A DNA stretch of 64,000 nucleotides from Octopus sinensis (lineage: Eukaryota). The stretch lies in the NCBI RefSeq assembly GCF_006345805.1, contig NC_042998.1:200260001-200324000 (forward strand). Reading direction: 5' to 3'. A program made the position numbers and the translations under genes. Positions 55,184 to 64,000 of this stretch are shown here, piece by piece (the stretch's first letter is position 1; the number at the start of each line of letters is the position of its first letter). The notes below the pieces were generated by a model. It searched no databases, had not been told where the DNA came from, and saw only the letters and a list, made by a program, of their open reading frames with translations.

Positions 55184-55890
55184 CAGACATACAAATGTAT
55201 GTATATATTAACGTATATATTTATGTACGTATATAGACGAACGTGTGTATGTAGGTGTTTGTGCATGCTTCTGTGTGTGTATGTATGTGTGCCTGCTCGT
55301 GAATATGTGTCTGCATGCGCATGTGCGCGCGTGAGCGTCAGTACCCCTATCAGTCAGTTTCTGTTTTTCTTTCTAGAATAAATTTACTTATCGAAATGTG
55401 TTATTAAAAATAGTAAACGAGGAACGTATTCATTTTCTTTATACTACGCTTCTTTTGTTCCCCAATAATCCTTTACAGTTAATTTGGAACAGCATTCTCT
55501 AGGTCCTCTCTTTTCCAGACAAGCCCATTATTATTTTGTAGATGGAGGCGATTTTAATGGCGTATTGTATAACTGTTTTATAGAAAACGACGATCATGTG
55601 ATTGATGTTTTGTTAATGATGTCATTTGAACAAAGTGTGTTCAGCTTCTAAATTTTGGTCTCATCAATCAGGACATTGTCCATATTTGTTATAAAAGTGT
55701 GCAAGCTCAAAAACTTTTACCATTTGTTACCATGATTTATCTTCAAGCATATTTATATTATTTTTAGCGGGATTGCCAGAAGAAAATGTCACTGATTCCA
55801 GGCAATAACATTTTTCTACCTAAATTTTTATGTGGCGACCAAACCCTTGTGAATGCATTTGGTAGATGGAAGCTGAAAGTCGTTTATACT

Positions 55891-55960
<70 letters not shown>

Positions 55961-56461
55961 TTGTGTGTGTGTGTGTATGTATGTGTGTGTGTGTGTTGTG
56001 TGTATGTGAGTTTATGCGAAATAATTGAGATTCAGTTGAATTATATACTTCAGCTGAAGCACCGAACCAGTCGGGTATTATCCGCATAGCCCGAAGTACG
56101 GCGATTAAAATCAATATAAGCAACCATATAACAAGTAGTGATGGAGTATGACCGTTTCGAGCGGCTCCATTTAAGTGAAGAATGCAATTATTATATCAAT
56201 TTAAATGCAATGCCATCTTCAGCTGCACAAATAAATCAATAGTATTTTAACAAGTAGGACACAGTGATATATTGTTTAATATATTCACCGAGCAAGAAGA
56301 TGTAAGAAATTCATGTTGTCGCTATTGAAGCTGAGAGTAGACTACAACTTCCAAGAATCGCATGGAGTATAGTGGGGTCATACCGTCTTAAGTGCTGTAA
56401 TTAATTTCTAATACATTTATAGCTTTATCAACAACTAAAAGTAAGAATAAAGGATTGTACC

Positions 56462-56502
<41 letters not shown>

Positions 56503-56834
56503 TCACAGTCTGATAGTGTTACGTAACATTACTTGATAACTGAAAAATGCATTATAAATACTTAGAAGACACAGAGGGTCTCTAAAGTGCCAAGCTGGGA
56601 ATAACCATTCTGGTTGATAACTGATGAAGAATTAGAGAGCCTCTGTGTCTTATACGTAAAAGTTTTTTTATCTGTTGTTTATTTACAATGCATTTTTTCA
56701 CATAAATCTCTCTCACTATACACACACAAAAACAGACATATATATATATATATATAATAAATATTAGGGAATAAATCCAAATTTACAGGGAAAAAATCAG
56801 ATTTAGGATTAAATCCAATTTTATAGTAAAATAT

Positions 56835-57162
56835 TATAAAATATTATTAGAGACAAAACCACTATTTTGCAAAACAAACAAGGAAAGACTTAATCAATAC
56901 GTAAAATTTAATAAATAGTCAAAAAAACCGCCACTACAATTGTTACTTGTCTTGATCGACAATCTTCAGGTGGACTTCCAATAAGTCAGTTTCAAATTAT
57001 GAAGTCATAATTTGAAACTGACTTATTGGAAGTCCACCTGAAGATTGTCGATCAAGACAAGTAACAATTGTAGTGGCGGTTTTTTGACTATTTATTAAAA
57101 TTTTACGTATTGATTAAGTCTTTCCTTGTTTGTTTTGCAAAATAGTGGTTTTGTCTCTAATA

Positions 57163-57172
<10 letters not shown>
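56835..57172. repeat. Near-perfect palindrome with 168-bp arms and 2-nt spacer
   Basis: 56835-57002 is the reverse complement of 57005-57172, differing only by two homopolymer-length indels. Confidence 0.97.
57034..57076 (+). ncRNA. Type I hammerhead-like motif with GUAA in place of GAAA (mirror copy on - strand at 56931-56973)
   Basis: CCAC-CTGAAGA-TTGTC(GATCAA)GACAA-GTAA-CAATTG-TA-GTGG. Confidence 0.6.
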
Positions 57173-57216
<44 letters not shown>

Positions 57217-57296
57217 ATATGTATGTGTGTGTGTGCGTGTATAGATATATAATAAATAGATAGAAATATACATATACGTATATAGGTATATAGTTT

Positions 57297-57327
<31 letters not shown>

Positions 57328-57563
57328 ATCACGTGACCGACCAGTCCATCAGATGTAGTTACACATCGCTGGTCACAATGCGTTCGCATTGCTTTAGCCT
57401 TCAAATGACGCCACCCAGCTGGCTAAGCGAGGAGGCCGAGAGAAGAAAGAGTGGTGAAAGAGTACAGCGAATATTTTTGTAAATGTTTTTGATTTTCACT
57501 CTCGATAATCTATCCCCTTTTTGTGACCCCAGCACTTGGCATCCTTATTTAGGAGCCCTTAAT

Positions 57564-57633
<70 letters not shown>

Positions 57634-59062
57634 ATACATATATGCGCATCGCACGCGCGCGCACACACACGAATACGTAAATAGGTGTGTTTTTGTAGGT
57701 GCTTCATGATGATCCTCGGCCTTCATAAGACCGCTGTCATTCAAACAATTGGACTACCTTCCGATACGTTAAGCAAGTTAATAAGCATCTTACATGTCCT
57801 TTTATTATGAACCATATTACGGTTGCGGAACATTTAAACACTCTGTAATTTAATAACTGCCCGTATAATGTACCTAACGCGTCTCTGCCATTTACCTTTG
57901 AGCCCGGTTTTTGTAATAATACATAGGTCCATCCTAAAAATGGAAAATGATCCGGAACCTTATCGTTGAGATGCGAACCACCTAACCATTTGGCCAAAAA
58001 ATGTATCTTTGCAAAAAAATGTGTTAACATGTGACATTATTGTCAGAGGTTACCGTGCTCTGTTCCGTAGTCCTTTCTTTCCACTGATAAACCTAATCTG
58101 CTTCCCCTTTACACTTTACATCATGACATTTCTGTGATACACGATCCCTATTCATCGTTTTTTCCCTTTTACGATCCCTTTTGATCGAAAACCTACCCTA
58201 CTTTTTTCTCCCCAAAAAGAAAAGCTTTACTTTGTAATCTGTCCCGTCTGTGTGCAGCCCAGAGTGGCTAATAAAGAAACATATCTCTTTTTCTGTCTAC
58301 TATCTATCTATCTATCTATCTATCTATGCATCTATCTATCTATCTATCTATGTATCTCTCTCTCTCTTTCTATTTGTCTGTCTGTCTGTTTCTCTATATA
58401 TGTGTGTGTGTGTGTGTGCGTGTGCGTGTGCGTGCGTACATTGATAGCTGAGGATTGAGAAAGACAGAGAAAAGGATGAACTGATAAAAAGACATCCACG
58501 TAATGTATTCGCACTCCCATGGTTTCGTCTTTAACTAATTGTTTTTTTGTTTTTTGGGGGTTTCATATGGCCGGTTTCTCCTTCTGTAAGTCTCCTTTAC
58601 CTTAATCTCGAGTCGATCTAAGATGTTAGAAGGATATCGAGTTTTTTCGAAATTCATTCCAAATCCATTTAGCTGAAACTGCTAATCTTCCCAATGCTTT
58701 GTCTGCGTTGATTCTTGCCATATGAAGCAACCTGTTTATGCTTCGATATATCGTTTGTCTTTTATTGCTTTCAATCATCCGACTGATGCCATACGATAAG
58801 AATGACACTAGTCAACACCGCCTTCAAGGGTTTTAGTCGAACAAATCAACCTCAGTACTCATATTTTAAGCCTCGTATTATTCTCTTATCATCTTTAGCC
58901 GAATCACTAGGATATGGGGTCGTAAACAAGCCAATACCGGTTGTAATACTGTGTGTGTATGGGGGGGGGCAACCAGACACACAAATACATACATATGTAC
59001 ATACGTATAGACACACCTACGAACAAACATACACACACATACACACATACACACACACACAT

Positions 59063-59134
<72 letters not shown>

Positions 59135-61545
59135 GTATTTATATTTGTGGGGAGATGTAGTTTTCCTTTTCCATTCGCAAAATATATATTTTTTAAAAGG
59201 AAGTAAAAAATTTTGAAAATCGGCTATAGTAATGTAGCCTTCCAGTTACATTACTTTGAAGGTATAATGTTGTAGAGAACAAAATTGGAGAAAAGTTAAA
59301 GGCGTTAAAATTGAAAAAAAAAAAACAACTCTATTTTTAGCTAACAGCAACACAGAAATTTTCTGTGTTTAGCGGAGCGTTGTCAACTTTAAGGTTGTAC
59401 CCTGTGAAATTTATAGTTTAGCGCCTGACCTGTTCATTGTAGGTTTCTAAATAAAAAGAAATACTTAATAAAATCAACATGCATCATGTTACAGTTTCTT
59501 TTGTCTCTTCATTTGTATTGTTTTAATTATTTAAAACAATTTGTTATATCAATATATTTGCCTGCATGTCTTTACTTTATGCCTATCCCAGTATTATGTA
59601 TACCTGTCATGTATTTATGTACATCATTAATATATAAGTGCATGTGGGTTTGAATAGGAGCATCTGTATTCAAGACTCCAAAGTTAAGTAACCTTTTCAT
59701 GCTTTGATTTGTAAACTACGATAAGAATAACACTGGTCAATAAAGAATTTGTCCCAAGTAAAAGAATATCTGTATCTTATATGTTTTTGCCTGTAGAATT
59801 CAGAAATAATGTCAAATTATCTGTATGTCCCACATTTTCTCTGTTCCATGATATTCCTCTCAGTGGGATACATTTCAGTTAAGCTGTTGAAATGTGAAGC
59901 TAACGGTTTAAGAAATACTCCTAATTTAATTTTTAGGAACAGAATTAACCTAGTAAAATCATCAATCTACCTATCTGAGCCAATGAATCCCCCAAATAAA
60001 TGAAATGAAAAACATGTAAAAAATACTAACAAGTAGAAAAAGGACATAAAAATGCTAACACATAGAATGAAAGTAAAAATGTAATATACTAACACAGAAA
60101 AATAAAAACAAAACACGCGGGTGAAAAGAATGATGTGTTATGAAGAATTAAGTGTGGAAAGTCAACATAGACAACAGTGAACCCAGCTTCAATTACATAT
60201 AACATCAGATTATTTCATTTACGAGATAGAGTAATTAGTTGACCGTAATCAAAATTCAGAGTTGCATCGATACACTAAGATTAAAAGCAACTGAGCAAAA
60301 TTAAGTGGGTTTCATTTTGCGAATGAGAAAGACTAGATCCTGTGGGGTGGAGTAGTAGGCATATATTTCTATATATAAATTGCAAGCTCTTTTCTTTTCA
60401 AGTGTATTTGCCTATTTCAGTATCCAAGTTTGTATGTCGATGTAATAATTCTGTGAGGTATGCATAAGAATTGAAAATGCTGGAAAATATTTTCTGCTGA
60501 GTTATGATATCAAATGAGTAGACTGGAAAATTGTTGGTATTATTTATTTATGATTACGCATATTTCCCTTGCGAATAGGACTTTTAAAATTGTTATATGT
60601 AGTAGAAAATGTATCTCCTATTACGAATATTTCAAACTGAACACGGAGCCATGTGGCTGGGAAGCAACGTCTAGAAACTCAGATGAGAGATTTTACAATG
60701 ATATAGGTATACACATAGCGTCACATCCTAATATATATTTCTGTATCAAGTGGGTTACTAGAAAAAAATTTCATTGAGTATATATACCCATATGAACTCA
60801 TTACTTATATAGCAATTCAGTTAATTGAACAACTGGAATACTCTTAACGAAACCGACGGAGACACATTTACATTTTGCTTTTAAAATATATGTACACAAC
60901 TAGATACTTACGTCTGAAAATGTATGTCTCCAAGTGTTTTCTTTTGATATATTTATTTGGAGATCTTTTTTTTTTTGTATTGACCTTCTCTCTTTTAAAG
61001 TTTCTGTCAAATTCAGATATCTTTGTTTTCAATTTATTTTTTAGTCTATTTCCTTTCATTTCCATTTCTGTGAATTTTCTTTGCATTTTATTACTTCATT
61101 GATTTTTTATACGATATTTTTATTTCATCTTTTTTTTCCTTTTCTTTAAGTTTTCCATTTATGTGTTATTTTTAAGCCTATAAAGTTAGCATTCTTTCAA
61201 CAGCATCTTATATAGTAACATATCCCATCATGGTTCAATGTATATATTTATAAATGCAAAATAACTCATAAATAAAAATAAATTATAATGTGTAAAGATT
61301 AAGGTTTTTCAAAATGAAAACAACATTAAATTTTGTGGATTTGTATAAAAATACCTGTGCATGTTCCTCTCTACCTGGCTTCATTCCCCCTTCACCTCTC
61401 CGTCTGTCTCGTTGCACCGACGCGCATAAACTCACACATAACAAACACACACACACACACTCATGTATGTAGATGAACGCATGCGTGAACGCGTATAAAT
61501 TATTACATGTTTATATATACACTAACATACATTTATTTATACACA

Positions 61546-61652
<107 letters not shown>

Positions 61653-61718
61653 ATATATGTGAATATATGTATATATATGTATATATCTTGTTTCATACGT
61701 ATATACGTATGAAAAAAG

Positions 61719-61772
<54 letters not shown>

Positions 61773-63222
61773 ATATATGTATATATATATATGTACATAT
61801 CTTTTTTCATACGTATATACCTACACGCAATGTATGTACAGATATTTGTGAGGGTGCATTTGTTTGCGCATGTCAGCATGCGCGTGCACATGTACACGTG
61901 TGACGTGTGTGTCTGTGTGCATCTGTGTATGTCTGATTGACTCGTAATATTTTTTTCCTCCTACCATCCTATGGTTCTTTATTTCTCACAATGATCTTCT
62001 CTCCATTGCGTTCAAATTTCTTTTCTTGTTTTCAAATATCTTTACTTCGATCTATTTCCTTTCCAGCCTCCCATTTCTCCGAATTTTACGTTTCACTTTT
62101 TTATATTCCATCGCTTCGTTCTATTACATTTTTTTTTCCTAATTCGCTACGTATTCTTCCTCTATTCTTTACATGTTTCATTTTTTTCTCTCTCTTCTTA
62201 AAATTTAATTCTCAACTGAGTTTTTTTCTTCTTTACTTTATTCCTTAAAACCTTTGTAATACTTCACCGTTTTCAAACTTTTATTTTATTCTTTCTCTTT
62301 TTTTCTATGAAACAGGTATTTTAGTAAGTCTTATTGTTTATATTTTTATTTTCTCTTTGTCATTTATTGTATTTAAAGAAAAATATATGGCGATGCTTAT
62401 AAAAGAAAATGGTAGTGACAAGGTGAATGCTGTTAGACATTGAAGATATTGTTTCATTATTGTAGATTTCACTTTTGTTGTTATTGTTATTATTATTATT
62501 ATTTATCATCATTGTTATTGTGATTCTTATATCATTGATGTAGCTGACTTTATAGTTGATGTCGACGACATCGTTATTTATCTTGTTAGAAAGGAATGCA
62601 AATATTTTAAGTCTTGTGTCCGTCTGAAATCCTTAACGTAAACCCCATTTTTTTTGCAAACACATACGTTTCTCATCATCGTCATTTCATTATTGTTCTA
62701 CTTGTTATTGTTATCAAAATGAATATTAATACAGTAAAGTAAAGTTATCAATAATGTTAGAGTTATATTTTACTAAACATTCATCAGAATATCTTAATGT
62801 TGATATCATAAATTGTATCATTGTCTCCCACCATCAAAATTATGAAATTATATGGTATAAATATGGACTCTTGAATAAATCACATTTTTATATTTGTTGT
62901 ACTGGCATTATGAAGCCCTGCCTCGATAGGAAAGAATGGAACCTTAGTAGAATTTGAACACAGCACATAGATGAGCAAAAGCATTTCACCCCAAATTACC
63001 TAAGATATTTAGGCTACATGTACTGGTAACTCCTAGAATCTTGAAGATAAGGATTTTGTGAACGTGAAAAGTTCACTGGCCGCAATATCCGAGCAGCAGA
63101 TATTCCAAATAATACTTTCAATGACACAATGATAGAATATGTGCATACTCTTCCTATATGTAACGTGATTTGCTGTGAGTCTGTCACCGTTACTGACAAG
63201 TTAGGAAGACTGTAAAGAATAT

Positions 63223-63290
63223 GAAGTAGTAGTAGTAGTATTAGTAGTAGTAGTAGCAGCAGCAGCAGCAGTAGTAGCAGTAGTGGTAGC

Positions 63291-63353
<63 letters not shown>
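63223..63353. repeat. (TAG/CAG)n microsatellite
   Basis: Directly visible. Confidence 0.95.
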
Positions 63354-63354
<1 letters not shown>

Positions 63355-64000
63355 TACTCTGCTGCTGTGGCTGAAAGTGATGACAAAGAAGAAAACGAAG
63401 ACGGGGGAGGAAGGGGAAAAGGATAAGGGGAAGAGGCGAACTAGAGAGTAACTAATGTAGCGCCCAGCGGCATTTATCAGAAAACAATAACTAATTTTAT
63501 TATGTTCGCCATCATAAATTTTAAGGGACAGAGAAAAGAAAATAACGAGAGAAGAATTAAAATTGGAATCTAAAGTAAATAACTCCTTATGAGGGTGTGT
63601 GCGTGTATGTGTGTGTTTGTGTGTATAAAGGGATGTATGTGTGTGTGTGTGTGTGTGTGTTTGTGAATGCATGTGTGTATGTGAGAGAGAGAGAAGGTGT
63701 GTGTATGCGTGTTTGTCTAATTATCTGTTCATCATATAGGTGCATTGAGTATGTGTCAGAAGCTGGTTTATTATAAATTCACACGTGACATATAATATTC
63801 TTACCTGTTGAAATATATATTTTTGTTCGATTTATAAGAACTCTTGCAATTTAGTAATTTAGCTCCGATGTATTCATATATGAGATGAAAGTTGCATATG
63901 TTGAGTGCGTCAAAATATATTTCGAATGTTGCCTTTTTCAACAAATGTACTTGTAGTCTGAGATATTGCTGACAACAATTTGCAAGAAGGGCACGATACC

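Noticed and set aside
56145-56225. - strand GAGC-C-GCTC-GAAACGGTC motif
   Set aside because: No intact core at the right spacing; at most a heavily decayed relic.

Overview
AT-rich, microsatellite-laden eukaryotic non-coding DNA. The SINE and repeat families look like those of Octopus, which is an inference from recognising the repeats. One host exon is clearly supported: 21588-21779 (-), 64 aa, from a carbonic anhydrase-related (CA10/CA11-like, probably acatalytic) gene. The rest of the window is probably its very large introns. Mobile DNA includes a Tc1 element with TIRs and TA TSDs, a mariner remnant, TA-flanked MITEs, CR1-type and RTE-type LINE fragments and many tRNA-derived SINEs. The main signal not visible in the ORF track is a set of Penelope-like-element (PLE) type I hammerhead ribozyme (HHR) motifs. 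At 25.2-28.4 kb a 5'-truncated PLE (GIY-YIG C-terminus at 26939-27073) ends in a canonical HHR. Inverted copies of that HHR sit in a ~0.8-kb tandem repeat, in the sense orientation of the host gene, giving a retrozyme-like architecture. Two long palindromes (61-240 and 56835-57172) carry back-to-back HHR-like motifs with non-canonical cores (G3-C8 swap; GUAA). PLE-HHR association is known in general; all folds were made by eye and activity is untested. Most ORF-track entries are microsatellite or chance ORFs.
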